Positions 28,958 to 38,897 of a DNA stretch of 64,000 nt are shown here, in pieces. The notes under the pieces were generated by a model. The model ran no database searches. It had not been told where the DNA came from and saw only the letters and a list, made by a program, of their open reading frames with translations. Position numbers and translations under genes: made by a program. Source of the stretch: an uncultured Bacilli bacterium (lineage in GTDB: Bacteria > Bacillota_I > Bacilli_A > RF39 > UBA660); contig CANQQX010000001.1 in NCBI GenBank assembly GCA_947626115.1, forward strand, positions 10,000 through 73,999. The letters run 5' to 3'. Position 1 is the stretch's first letter. Every line of letters starts with the position of its first letter.

Positions 28958-29566
28958 ATGAAAAAAAATAATTCTTTACTTACTCCAATTGTATTTTTAG
29001 TAATTGGTGTAATATTGTTTACTGATCCAGATTCAATGGTCAAATTTATTTCTTATATTTTAGGAGGACTATTAATTATCGTTGGTGTATATCGTTGCGC
29101 TAGTTATTATATTCAAGATAAAAGAATGGGTGTAGTTAACAATAATGAACTTGCCTTTGGTATAACAGCATTTATATTAGGTTTATTATTTATCGTACTT
29201 GCTTCTGCTATAGAATTCTTAATTAGAATATTCTTTGGTGTATATCTAATATTAATTGGCATTAGTAAAGTTTATCAAACATTCTTTACTACTGATAGAT
29301 CATCTAAATTCTATGCTTTAATAGTAGTAGGTATTATCTTCTTACTTGGTGGTGTATATACAATTGTTGAATCAAATATTACTTTATCAATAATTGGCTT
29401 ATTTATGATTATATATGGAGTAGTTGATTTTATTAGTTATTTTGTATATAAAGATAATGGAAATAGTAATCCAGTTAAAGAAACTGTAATTGTAAAAGAA
29501 ATAACTAGTGAAGAAGAAGAACTAAAAAAAGATAAGAAACATAAAAAATCTAAAAAAGGTGAATAA
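28958..29566 (+). CDS. DUF308/HdeD-like membrane protein (paralog of the 17253 gene)
   Basis: Same TM/Gly repeat organisation as the 17253 protein, with a Lys/Glu-rich C-terminal tail. Confidence 0.45.
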   Translation: MKKNNSLLTPIVFLVIGVILFTDPDSMVKFISYILGGLLIIVGVYRCASYYIQDKRMGVVNNNELAFGITAFILGLLFIVLASAIEFLIRIFFGVYLILIGISKVYQTFFTTDRSSKFYALIVVGIIFLLGGVYTIVESNITLSIIGLFMIIYGVVDFISYFVYKDNGNSNPVKETVIVKEITSEEEELKKDKKHKKSKKGE

Positions 29567-30372
29567 TGATTAAAAAAATATTGATACCGCAAGTTTATTT
29601 ACCAATTATTTATATAGTAGTAGCATTAATTATCTATGCTATATTAAATAAGATAATTGTAACAGCTTTGAAAATAAATAAATTTGATAAAAGAAAATCA
29701 GCATTACAATTAAAAAGAGAAAAAACAGTAATTAATCTATTAAAAAGTATTTTAAAATATATTATTGCTATAATATTAATATTAGCTATTTTAAATGTAT
29801 ATGGTATTAAAACTACGACTATAATTGCATCATTAGGTATTGCAGGCGCTATTATTGGTTTAGCGTTTCAAGATACAATTAAAAATTTATTATCAGGAAT
29901 TTTAATTATATTTGATAATCATTATATGCAAGGTGATATAGTTACTATTAATGGTTTTCGTGGTGAAGTTATTGATTTGGGTCTCCAAACCACAAAAGTT
30001 AAGGCTTATAATGGGGAAGTAATGATAATTAATAATAGTTTAATAACAAGTGTTATTAATCACAGTATGTATAATACTAGTCTTTATTTAGAATTTCCGG
30101 TAAGTAAAAATTTATCATTAGAAAAGTTAGAAAAAATACTTTCAAAAGTTAATGAAAAATTACAACTACTACCCGAAGTAGAAAAAGATATGGAACTACT
30201 TGGAATTGAAAAATTAAATGGTAATAGTTATTTGTATAAAGTATTAATTGAATGTAAGCCAGATAATCATTTTAGTGTGAATCGTGCTTTTATGAAATAT
30301 TTAAAAGAAGAATTTGATAAAGAAAATATTCCAACACCTGGTGATTATTTAGAAATAGAAAGGAAGAATTAA
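29566..30372 (+). CDS. Small-conductance mechanosensitive channel (MscS family)
   Basis: Pore-lining helix GIAGAIIGLAFQDTIKNLLSGILII and the MscS beta-domain motif (GDIVTINGFRGEVIDLGL). Confidence 0.85.
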   Translation: MIKKILIPQVYLPIIYIVVALIIYAILNKIIVTALKINKFDKRKSALQLKREKTVINLLKSILKYIIAIILILAILNVYGIKTTTIIASLGIAGAIIGLAFQDTIKNLLSGILIIFDNHYMQGDIVTINGFRGEVIDLGLQTTKVKAYNGEVMIINNSLITSVINHSMYNTSLYLEFPVSKNLSLEKLEKILSKVNEKLQLLPEVEKDMELLGIEKLNGNSYLYKVLIECKPDNHFSVNRAFMKYLKEEFDKENIPTPGDYLEIERKN

Positions 30373-30374
30373 AA

Positions 30375-30836
30375 ATGGCAAAAAAGGTAAGTAAAAAAAG
30401 AAGTAAAAAAGAAGAGCAAATGAGCGAAAAAACGGAAAAGACAGTTTTAGTATTACTCGTAATAATAATTATTTTACTAGCGGTTATTTTGGGGATAGTT
30501 ATACTTAAAAAGAATAATAATATAGATAATAATGATTCTAATTATAAAGTTAATATTGATGATAACGATGATGGTATTAAAGTTACGGATGATATTATGG
30601 ATAATCAAACTACAACAGATAACAAAAGTTATATTGGAAAAGATAAAGCTATTAGTATTGCTTTAAAAGATTTAAAACTAACTAAAAATGATGTTTATGA
30701 TTTGGAATGTGAACTTGATAAAGAATTCAATCAAACAGTTTATGAAGTAACATTTAATTATAAAAATTTAGAATATGAATATTATATTAATCCTGAAACT
30801 GGTAAAATAATACATTCATTTAAAGAATTAGATTAG
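30375..30836 (+). CDS. Membrane-anchored PepSY-domain protein
   Basis: N-terminal TM anchor. The C-terminal region (KDKAISIALKDLKLTKNDVYDLECELD...YEVTFNY...EYYINPETGKIIH) has a PepSY-like pattern. Confidence 0.5.
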   Translation: MAKKVSKKRSKKEEQMSEKTEKTVLVLLVIIIILLAVILGIVILKKNNNIDNNDSNYKVNIDDNDDGIKVTDDIMDNQTTTDNKSYIGKDKAISIALKDLKLTKNDVYDLECELDKEFNQTVYEVTFNYKNLEYEYYINPETGKIIHSFKELD

Positions 30837-30850
30837 AAAGGAAAAAGAGA

Positions 30851-31729
30851 ATGGAAAAAGCAAAAGTATATTTTACAAAGGAATTAACACCAGAAGCTGT
30901 AGTCAAATTATTTAAAAAATTAGAAAGGGATTTACCTGGCAAAGTAGCAGTTAAAGTTCATTCCGGTGAAGAAGGCAACCAAAATTATTTAAGACCTGAA
31001 TTTATGAAACCGATGGTTGAATATGTTAATGGTACAGTAGTAGAGTGTAATACGGCTTATGATGGTGAAAGAGATACAACCGAAAAACATGTTAAATTAA
31101 TGGCAAATCATGGTTGGAGTAAATATTTTAATGTTGATATTATGGATAGTGAAGAAGATGCTATTTTAGAAATACCTAATGGTAAAGTAATTAAGAAAAA
31201 TTATGTTGGTAAAAATTTATTCAATTATGATTCAATGTTAGTATTGTCTCACTTTAAAGGCCATCCAATGGGAGGATACGGTGGAGCATTAAAACAACTT
31301 TCAATTGGTGTTGCTTCATCTAAAGGTAAGAGATATATTCATTGTACTGGGACAGAAAATGCTTCATATGAAGATATGTTCCATCAAAATCAAGAAAAAT
31401 TTCTAGAAGCAATGGCCGATGCTGCTTCATCTGTAGTTAAACATTTTGGCAATAATATTGCTTATATAAATGTTATGTGCAATATGTCAGTTGATTGTGA
31501 TTGCTGTAATGTAGCAGAAGATCCTTGTATGAAAGATATTGGTATTTTAGCGTCAACTGATCCAGTAGCAATTGATGAAGCATGTCTTGATTTAGTTAAG
31601 AATTCTAATGATCCAGGTAAGGAACATTTACTTGAAAGAATTAATTCAAGAAAAGGTCATCATACAATTGAAGCTGCTGAAGAGTTAGGTATTGGTACAA
31701 CTGATTACGAATTAATAAATGTTGATTAA
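30851..31729 (+). CDS. DUF362-domain protein
   Basis: 292 aa with conserved Cys residues near the C-terminus (VDCDCCN) and an overall pattern like DUF362 proteins. Motif-level call. Confidence 0.45.
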   Translation: MEKAKVYFTKELTPEAVVKLFKKLERDLPGKVAVKVHSGEEGNQNYLRPEFMKPMVEYVNGTVVECNTAYDGERDTTEKHVKLMANHGWSKYFNVDIMDSEEDAILEIPNGKVIKKNYVGKNLFNYDSMLVLSHFKGHPMGGYGGALKQLSIGVASSKGKRYIHCTGTENASYEDMFHQNQEKFLEAMADAASSVVKHFGNNIAYINVMCNMSVDCDCCNVAEDPCMKDIGILASTDPVAIDEACLDLVKNSNDPGKEHLLERINSRKGHHTIEAAEELGIGTTDYELINVD

Positions 31730-31751
31730 AGCAAAGCAATTTGCTTTTTTC
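31728..31751 (+). terminator. Rho-independent terminator
   Basis: AAAGCAAA-gcaa-TTTGCTTT followed by T-run. Confidence 0.65.
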
Positions 31752-31772
31752 TTATGTTAAAAAAACTTTGAA

Positions 31773-32621
31773 TTATCTTTTCAAAGTTTCTTCTTTGTCT
31801 TGACTCTTAAGCATCTCTAAATTGGCATGCCAATAATTAAAGGAATCTTTATCTCCAAGTATTTTTGCTTCTTTCATTTTTAAAATGAAAAATTGTTCTT
31901 TTTGTTCTAAAGTATAATTATCCCATTCTTCTGGTGATGCTTCTAAAGGATGCTCACTTATAATATTTTTAATATTGCTTTCATAATAATTAACTCCCAC
32001 ATCATCACCTAAAGATTGTGCTTCTTTTTTTAGCTTTTCTAATTCTTCTAGAATTTTATTTAAAGGATGTTTTATTGGTTTATTATCTTTTTTATATGGC
32101 GATATATTAAAGTTAATAATAATTTTAGAAATACCATCATGTTGTAATTTAGATAAATCTTGGGTTAAATTAAAATTACTAATATCTAAATTTTTTTCTC
32201 TAAATTTTAATTTTAAATAAGCTAGTCCATAATCTTTTTTTGGCTCTACAAAAATTGTGAATTTACTATTTTGAAGATCACTGCCACTCATTGTTTCTTC
32301 ATAATGCCCATTTGATGCTAAAAGGTTATTAATAAGTTTATTGATACCAAATGTATTAAATTCACCATTAATAGAAAATTTTTCCATTGTTTGCTTTATA
32401 AACCATTCTAAATTTTTGGAAGTTTTACCAAATTGTTTTATGGTATATTGATAACTACTACGAGCTTCATTATAAATTAAACGAGCTGTTTTAAATTTTA
32501 AAATTATATCTTCATCTTTAATTTCTTGGCCGTTTTCCTTTTGATAGACAATACCATTTGTAATTGTATAATTTTTTAATAGATTATTTATTTCTCCAAT
32601 AGTTATATTAATCACCACCAA
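31773..32621 (-). CDS. Hypothetical protein
   Basis: 282-aa ORF on the minus strand. No recognisable motif. Confidence 0.45.
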   Translation of the reverse strand: MVVINITIGEINNLLKNYTITNGIVYQKENGQEIKDEDIILKFKTARLIYNEARSSYQYTIKQFGKTSKNLEWFIKQTMEKFSINGEFNTFGINKLINNLLASNGHYEETMSGSDLQNSKFTIFVEPKKDYGLAYLKLKFREKNLDISNFNLTQDLSKLQHDGISKIIINFNISPYKKDNKPIKHPLNKILEELEKLKKEAQSLGDDVGVNYYESNIKNIISEHPLEASPEEWDNYTLEQKEQFFILKMKEAKILGDKDSFNYWHANLEMLKSQDKEETLKR

Positions 32622-33082
32622 TAAATCTGAATATATTTTAACATTTTTTTATTAATTATTAAATAATACATGTGGTTAATGTTGTTAGTGCCTTAACTGA
32701 AAGTGATGAACCTTCTTATTGTTGACGTACTTTAAAATCTAGAATGATTATCGTGCAATTGAAAATGAAGGCAAATGAATATAAAGATTTAAAGGAATTA
32801 GAAAAGAATCTTTAAGAGATAATATGACTGATTTAGAAGTATTTACTTACTAATATTGTGGGAAATAACTACGAGCGAATTAGTAGAAGAACATAAAATA
32901 ATGGCTTAAATCAAAATATAAAAATAGCACAAACTGGTGATAAGATTGCCAATAATACTAGAAAGAATATTGAAAGTAAACTTGGTAAAAGTGTTATTTC
33001 TATTTCAAATGATTTACATTATAAATATCTTGATAATAAAAAAATAAGAATAACATGGTATAATGTTAATAGAGGAATAGTT

Positions 33083-33988
33083 ATGAAGGATGAATTAGGA
33101 AGAATAGTATTAGATAATTATTTACCACTTAATCATTATACTACTGGTCGTAAAGAGAAAATATGGTTAATGAAAGATGGTCAAACATTTTTATTTAAAA
33201 CTGGTGCAACAAACTACGAAATTTTAGCCGAGTTAATTTCAGAAAAACTAGCTAAACAATGTGGCTTTCCTACGGCTGAATACCGTCTTGCTATATATAA
33301 AGGAAAACTTGGGGTAGTAACACCTTCTTTCTTAAAAAAAGGTGAAATTATTGTTACTGGTGATGAATATATTACTCATGCCAAAGAAATAGCTAAACAA
33401 AATAATATTAATTTGGAATTTAAAGGTAATAGTGTCGAAAATTTATTAAATGCTTGTGCCTTGCAAGATACTAATGCTAATTTATCACAAATATTATTTC
33501 AATTATTAACTATTTATTGCTTTGATTTAACTATTATGGAATCAGATCGTAATTTAACTAATATAAGTATTATTAAAGATTTAAAAGGTAATATTAAAAT
33601 TGCTCCAATATATGATTGTTCTACAATGGCCAAAATGAATACTAATATTGATTCTTTAGTAAATAATATTAGAGATGATAGTCATGTATATAATATAACT
33701 GATAATATAAGTTATGCCTTAAAATTAACAGATGATGATAGTTTAGGTTTTATGAATGAATTTAGTAAATTGTGTGAAATGTTTCCCAAAGAATTATCTA
33801 TTATAATGGCAGGAATTGAAAAAATAGATGTAGAAGAAGCAATTTTAGCAGTTGAAAATGATATTCAAACAGAGCAAAATAATTTTGCTATACCTTTTAA
33901 TGTTAAATATTGGTTAAAGAAAGCTATAACGTATCGAAAAAATGATTTACTAAGTGTTTATCGCAAAAGTATTGCTAAATTAAAATAA
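33083..33988 (+). CDS. HipA C-terminal-domain-like putative Ser/Thr kinase (HipT-like, N-terminal HipA domain absent)
   Basis: ESDRNLTNISII...KIAPIYDCST aligns to the HipA catalytic region GATDGHAKNFSVF...LTPFYDIIS. The upstream EILAELISEKLAKQCGFPTAEYRL aligns to HipA YCLLLAKELGLNVPDAEII. Promoter tggTATAAT and RBS agagga precede the ATG. Confidence 0.5.
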   Translation: MKDELGRIVLDNYLPLNHYTTGRKEKIWLMKDGQTFLFKTGATNYEILAELISEKLAKQCGFPTAEYRLAIYKGKLGVVTPSFLKKGEIIVTGDEYITHAKEIAKQNNINLEFKGNSVENLLNACALQDTNANLSQILFQLLTIYCFDLTIMESDRNLTNISIIKDLKGNIKIAPIYDCSTMAKMNTNIDSLVNNIRDDSHVYNITDNISYALKLTDDDSLGFMNEFSKLCEMFPKELSIIMAGIEKIDVEEAILAVENDIQTEQNNFAIPFNVKYWLKKAITYRKNDLLSVYRKSIAKLK

Positions 33989-34005
33989 GAAGTTTTTGAA
34001 GCTTC

Positions 34006-35727
34006 TTATTTTAATTCACTATTATAAAGTTGTTTATAAGTAGGAGATTTTTTAATTAATTCTTTATGTGTACCAATATCTTTAACTTCGCCATTATCAA
34101 CAACATAAATAATATCGGCATCAATAATAGTAGACAATCTATGCGCAATAATTAAAACTGTATGATCTTTAACTAAATCATCTATTACTTTTTTAATATA
34201 AGTTTGTGATTTATTATCTAGAGCACTAGTAGCTTCATCAAAAAGAATTATTTTACTTTGTTTAGCAAGAGCCCTTGCAATAGATAATCTTTGCTTTTGC
34301 CCACCAGATAAATTAACTCCGCCTTCACCTAAAATAGTATCGTATTTTTTGGGAAGAGACATTATATAATCATCAATATAAGCCATTTTACAATATTCTC
34401 TTATATCTTTAAGATGCATTTTATCATTTAATAATAAGAAATTTTCTTTTATAGTTTTATTAAATAAGAATGGTTCTTGTCTAATAATAGCTACATTTTT
34501 TCTTAAATCTTCTTCAGTTAAATCTTCTATATTTATGCCATCAATTGTAATATTACCTTCTTTTGTATCAAATACTCTAGTAAGTAAATTAAATATAGTG
34601 GTTTTACCTTGACCACTTTTACCAACAATGCCAATTTTTTGGTTAGGTTTAAAGGTAACATTAAAGTTCTTTAAAACATCTCCTTCATTAGGATAACTAA
34701 AAGTTACATTATTAAAGTTAATAACACCTTCGCAATTTTTTAAATGCTTCTTACCAAATTCAACATCAGGAAATAATTTGTTTTCTAATATTTCATTAAT
34801 TCTTGTTACTGATACTAATACTTCATTATATGTTTTAGTAAATGAAGTAATATTTTCAATAATCCATGTATAACGATAAATATAGTAAGTTATGGCAATA
34901 AAGAAAGTTAAACTAATTTGTCCTTTGTATAAAAGAATTGCTCCAGTGATAAATGATCCTACTTCTAAAAAAGATTTTAATATATTAGATATTACATCAT
35001 AAATAAAATATAAATCTATTTCATTACTTGATGCTTCAAGTGATTTCTTTATTAATTCTCTTAAATTATAAAATAAAGAATTTTTAATACCTAAAGTTTT
35101 TATTTCTCTTACTCCTCTAATAGATTCAGTAACTTGGGACACTGCTTCATCGTTAATCTTTTTCCTTTTCTTATGAACTTTTTCTAATTGGGGGTGAAAG
35201 AATTTAACTACAAAAGCAAAAATAATTATAAACACAATAATTTCTAGAGCAATAATATATGAATTATAAAGGATATAAATATATATAATAACTGATGCAA
35301 TAAGTCTTGTAACTATACCAAATATTTCATCAAAAGAATTTATAATAGTAGATGTATCATTAGTAACCCTGTTAATAAATTCCCCACTAGTTTTTTCTTC
35401 AAAAGCATAAGCAGGAAGTGATAAAACTTTTTGATAAGTGAGATATGAACACTCACGAGCCATTTTTGTTTCTATTTTAGATAGTTTAGCAAATGAAAAT
35501 CTTTCCAGTAAACTACCAAATATTTCGGAAAATAAATAGATAAGTAAAAATAATATAGCATTATTTAAATTGAGTTTAGTAATTTCTTCTATTGCTCGAC
35601 CATTTAAATAACCAATTAAAATATAAGAAAAACTACTAATAAAAATACCTAAAAAACATAATAGTATTTTAATTTTATATTTTTTTGCCATATTTAAAAT
35701 AGTTTTAAATTCTTTTAACTTTTTCAT
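34006..35727 (-). CDS. ABC transporter, fused permease/ATP-binding exporter (MsbA/MdlB type)
   Basis: Six TM helices followed by Walker A (GKSGQGKTT), the signature LSGGQKQRLSIARAL and Walker B (ILFDEATSALD). Confidence 0.85.
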   Translation of the reverse strand: MKKLKEFKTILNMAKKYKIKILLCFLGIFISSFSYILIGYLNGRAIEEITKLNLNNAILFLLIYLFSEIFGSLLERFSFAKLSKIETKMARECSYLTYQKVLSLPAYAFEEKTSGEFINRVTNDTSTIINSFDEIFGIVTRLIASVIIYIYILYNSYIIALEIIVFIIIFAFVVKFFHPQLEKVHKKRKKINDEAVSQVTESIRGVREIKTLGIKNSLFYNLRELIKKSLEASSNEIDLYFIYDVISNILKSFLEVGSFITGAILLYKGQISLTFFIAITYYIYRYTWIIENITSFTKTYNEVLVSVTRINEILENKLFPDVEFGKKHLKNCEGVINFNNVTFSYPNEGDVLKNFNVTFKPNQKIGIVGKSGQGKTTIFNLLTRVFDTKEGNITIDGINIEDLTEEDLRKNVAIIRQEPFLFNKTIKENFLLLNDKMHLKDIREYCKMAYIDDYIMSLPKKYDTILGEGGVNLSGGQKQRLSIARALAKQSKIILFDEATSALDNKSQTYIKKVIDDLVKDHTVLIIAHRLSTIIDADIIYVVDNGEVKDIGTHKELIKKSPTYKQLYNSELK

Positions 35728-35739
35728 TTTGCACTTCCT

Positions 35740-36309
35740 TTATATTTTTAAATCATTACTAATAGTATATTTACTAATTCTTTCTAATTCTTCTAAAACT
35801 CTTTTTGTTGCTTGTGGTGATGTATACCAATTCTTTTTGCCAAATTCACCTTCTATTCCAAAAATATCAATTTTATTTAAAGGAAAGTTTAATTTATCTG
35901 CAGTCATTAATGCTCTTCTGGCTAAATATGATTTACATACAAATAATATATTTTGATAATTATTTAAGTCTTTTAATAGTTTTTTAGAAAATATTAAGTT
36001 TTCTTTTGTATTAGTGGCATTTTTCTCTAAAATACAAGGTATATCTAAATTATATTTTGCAAAATAATTATAGATAATTTCTGCTTCGGTAGATGTTATA
36101 TCTTGATTTTTTATTCCTTTATTTCCTGATATTATAATAGTTGTATTTTTATCTATTTTTTCCTTTTGAACTAAATTGTATAAAACAATGGCAGTTTCTT
36201 CATATAAATTGTTGCCAAAGACAATAACTAAGTCATATTTTTTTAATTCATCAAATTCTTTGCCAATAAATAAAAATTCTGTTATTTTATCTTTTGTATC
36301 ATTAATCAT
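35740..36309 (-). CDS. DUF218 (YdcF/ElyC-like) domain protein
   Basis: 189 aa with a pattern typical of YdcF-like proteins (VIVFGNNLYEE...TNTKENLIFSKKLL). Confidence 0.5.
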   Translation of the reverse strand: MINDTKDKITEFLFIGKEFDELKKYDLVIVFGNNLYEETAIVLYNLVQKEKIDKNTTIIISGNKGIKNQDITSTEAEIIYNYFAKYNLDIPCILEKNATNTKENLIFSKKLLKDLNNYQNILFVCKSYLARRALMTADKLNFPLNKIDIFGIEGEFGKKNWYTSPQATKRVLEELERISKYTISNDLKI

Positions 36310-36407
36310 TTTTTACCACTCCTTGCACACTAATTTTATCATTTATTCTTTAATTAATAAATATTTTTGTTATAATTAATATGTATATATTTGGGGGATT
36401 TTTTATG

Positions 36408-37406
36408 CTAAAAGAAATAAAAATTGAACTTACGAATCGTTGTGCCAGAAATTGTATTCATTGTTCTAGTAGTGCTACTAGTAATTTAGCTAGTGTTAAA
36501 GAACTAGATTTAGATGATGTTAGTAAAATTATAATTGAAGCTAAAGAAATGAGTGTTGATAACATTGTCTTCACTGGTGGTGAGCCATTAATGTATGATG
36601 GCATATTTGCTTTAGTTAGTTTAGTACACAAATTAGGCATGAAATCGACATTATATACATTTGCTTATCGTAATGAAGAAAATTTATTAAAGTATCAAAA
36701 GTTAATTGAATTAGGACTTGATAAAATAGTTTATTCTTTAGCAGATTCTCTATCACCTGAAGAAGATGAATCAACCTACTCATTAGAAGAATTTTTTGAT
36801 AAAATACTTACAAATAGTCAGGCTAAATTAGATTTTCATTATGCCGTATCTAAAGATTCTTTTAATAATTTATTTACTACAATTACTAATACAATTGATA
36901 CATTTAAAGATAAAAGTTATTTTGAAAAAGTTAGTTTACTTCGTTTTGTACCACATGGTAAGGGAAGTAATATGATGAATTTAAGTAAAGAAGAACTATT
37001 GAAAATTAAAGAATTTTATTTGCATTATAAAGATCGAGATAAAATAAGATTAGGTACACCTTGGAATATTTTAAGTATTAAAAATAATCCATGCATTATT
37101 GCTAATGAAATAATGATTATTGGTTTTGATGGTCTTGCTTTTCCATGTGATTCAATTAAATATTTTAAAGGTTTAGGGGTAGCTGGTAATATCAAAGAAG
37201 ATAGTCTTGCTACTATGTATAATTCAGAATATTTTAAAATTTTGAGAGCATATCAAAATACTAGTTGTACTAAATGTGAAGATTATGCTATTTGTAAAAG
37301 TGGTTGCTTAGGTCAAAAAATAATTGCTACTTATGAAGAAGATAGAGATAAAGATAAAGTACTTAGAAGATGTATTCAAAGTCGTGATCCAAAATGTATG
37401 AGGTAA
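36408..37406 (+). CDS. Radical SAM enzyme with C-terminal SPASM domain
   Basis: CARNCIHC (CX3CX2C) at the N-terminus and FTGGEPL. A complete SPASM signature is present: C-X12-G-X4-C, then CTKCEDYAICKSGC (CX2CX5CX3C), then a final Cys. Start taken at MLKEIKIELTNRC. Confidence 0.8.
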   Translation, partial: LKEIKIELTNRCARNCIHCSSSATSNLASVKELDLDDVSKIIIEAKEMSVDNIVFTGGEPLMYDGIFALVSLVHKLGMKSTLYTFAYRNEENLLKYQKLIELGLDKIVYSLADSLSPEEDESTYSLEEFFDKILTNSQAKLDFHYAVSKDSFNNLFTTITNTIDTFKDKSYFEKVSLLRFVPHGKGSNMMNLSKEELLKIKEFYLHYKDRDKIRLGTPWNILSIKNNPCIIANEIMIIGFDGLAFPCDSIKYFKGLGVAGNIKEDSLATMYNSEYFKILRAYQNTSCTKCEDYAICKSGCLGQKIIATYEEDRDKDKVLRRCIQSRDPKCMR

Positions 37407-37407
37407 G

Positions 37408-38364
37408 ATGAAAAAAAGATACGAAGTTTATGACTTATATTGGTATTTTGCTTATGAAAGACAAAATATCTTTTGGCAAAAATTAAAAGGTATGTCAGCT
37501 CCTTGGACAAAAGATCCTATTTTACAAGAATATAAATTTTGTAATAGTTATCGGGTTAATGATCGAGTTAGTCAATATCTTTTAAAAAATGTTATTTATA
37601 ATGGTAAGAAATATAACAATGAAGATATGTTATTTCGGATTATTTTATTTAAATTATTTAATAAAGAAAGTACTTGGGAATTATTACTTAAAAATTTTTC
37701 GGATATAACATTAAGTACTTTTGATAGAGATAAATATTCTAAAGTATTAGAGAGTGCTATTAAAAATGGTGAAAGTATTTATAACGATGCCTATATAAGT
37801 TGTGCAAATAAAGCCTTTGGTTATGATCGAAAACATGATAATCATTTAGCCCTACTTTATAAAATGTTTATAACAGATCGAATGCAAGATAAAATAATTA
37901 AATGTACGAAAATGGAAGAGGCATTTAATATTATTAAAAGTTATCCTTTAATAGGTAATTTTATGGCATATCAACTAGTTACTGATATCAATTATAGTAA
38001 TGTTGTAAATTTTTCGGAAGATGAATTTACTATTGCAGGTCCTGGTTCTATTCGTGGCATAAAGAAATGTTTTATAGATAAAGGAGATTTAAGTAACGAA
38101 GATATTATAAAATACATGTATAATCATCAAGGTGAAGAATTTAAAAGATTACATTTAGATTTTAAAAGAATCGGTAATAGACCATTACAACTAATAGATT
38201 GCCAAAATATCTTTTGTGAACTTGATAAATATTGTCGCGTAAAATTTCCTAATTTAAAATCCAATCGAACTAAAATAAAGAAAAAATATATTCCTAAAAA
38301 AGATAAGATAGAATATGTATATCCAGAAAAGTGGAAAATAAATAATCTTAATGATATAATTTAA
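37408..38364 (+). CDS. Hypothetical protein, translationally coupled to the radical SAM gene
   Basis: 318-aa ORF starting 1 nt after the radical SAM stop. No recognisable motif (KKRYEVYDLYWYFAYERQNIFWQ...FCNSYRVNDRVSQYL). Confidence 0.5.
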   Translation: MKKRYEVYDLYWYFAYERQNIFWQKLKGMSAPWTKDPILQEYKFCNSYRVNDRVSQYLLKNVIYNGKKYNNEDMLFRIILFKLFNKESTWELLLKNFSDITLSTFDRDKYSKVLESAIKNGESIYNDAYISCANKAFGYDRKHDNHLALLYKMFITDRMQDKIIKCTKMEEAFNIIKSYPLIGNFMAYQLVTDINYSNVVNFSEDEFTIAGPGSIRGIKKCFIDKGDLSNEDIIKYMYNHQGEEFKRLHLDFKRIGNRPLQLIDCQNIFCELDKYCRVKFPNLKSNRTKIKKKYIPKKDKIEYVYPEKWKINNLNDII

Positions 38365-38377
38365 ATAGGGTGATATA

Positions 38378-38878
38378 GTGAAAGGTTTGATAATTTATTT
38401 TTCTCATGCGGGAGAAAATTATATGCGAGATGGTATTAAAAATATTACGAAGGGTAATACTGAAATAGTTGCTGAAAAATTGCAAAACCTTACTAATGCC
38501 AATATTTTTAAAGTTGAAAGTATTAAGGAATATCCTTACAATTATCAAGAATGTTGTGATGTGGCTAAAGAAGAATTAAATAAAAAGGAAAGACCTGAAT
38601 TAAAAAAATATTTAAAAGATATTGATAATTATGATGTAATATATATCGGGAGTCCTATTTGGTGGGGAACAATGCCAATGCCACTTTTTAGTGCTTTAGA
38701 AAAATTAAATTGGCAAGGTAAAATAGTAAAACCATTTACCACTCATGAAGGTAGTGGCTTAGGGAATGTGATGAGTGATTTAACTAAAGTTTGTCCTGGT
38801 GCTGAAATAAATAATGGTTTAGCTATTCGTGGTAGTGATGCAGAAGAATCAGAAGAAATGCTTAAAAGTTGGATTTAA
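38378..38878 (+). CDS. Flavodoxin (Flavodoxin_4-like)
   Basis: LIIYFSHAGEN...YDVIYIGSPIWWGTMPMP is the flavodoxin-family WWG motif. GTG start, 13 nt after the previous gene. Confidence 0.7.
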   Translation: MKGLIIYFSHAGENYMRDGIKNITKGNTEIVAEKLQNLTNANIFKVESIKEYPYNYQECCDVAKEELNKKERPELKKYLKDIDNYDVIYIGSPIWWGTMPMPLFSALEKLNWQGKIVKPFTTHEGSGLGNVMSDLTKVCPGAEINNGLAIRGSDAEESEEMLKSWI

Positions 38879-38897
38879 ATTATAAGAGGTGTGAGTT

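Noticed and set aside
32930-33082. In-frame N-terminal extension of the HipA-like ORF
   Set aside because: The extension contains no ATG/GTG/TTG start codon. The ATG at 33083 has its own -10 box and RBS.
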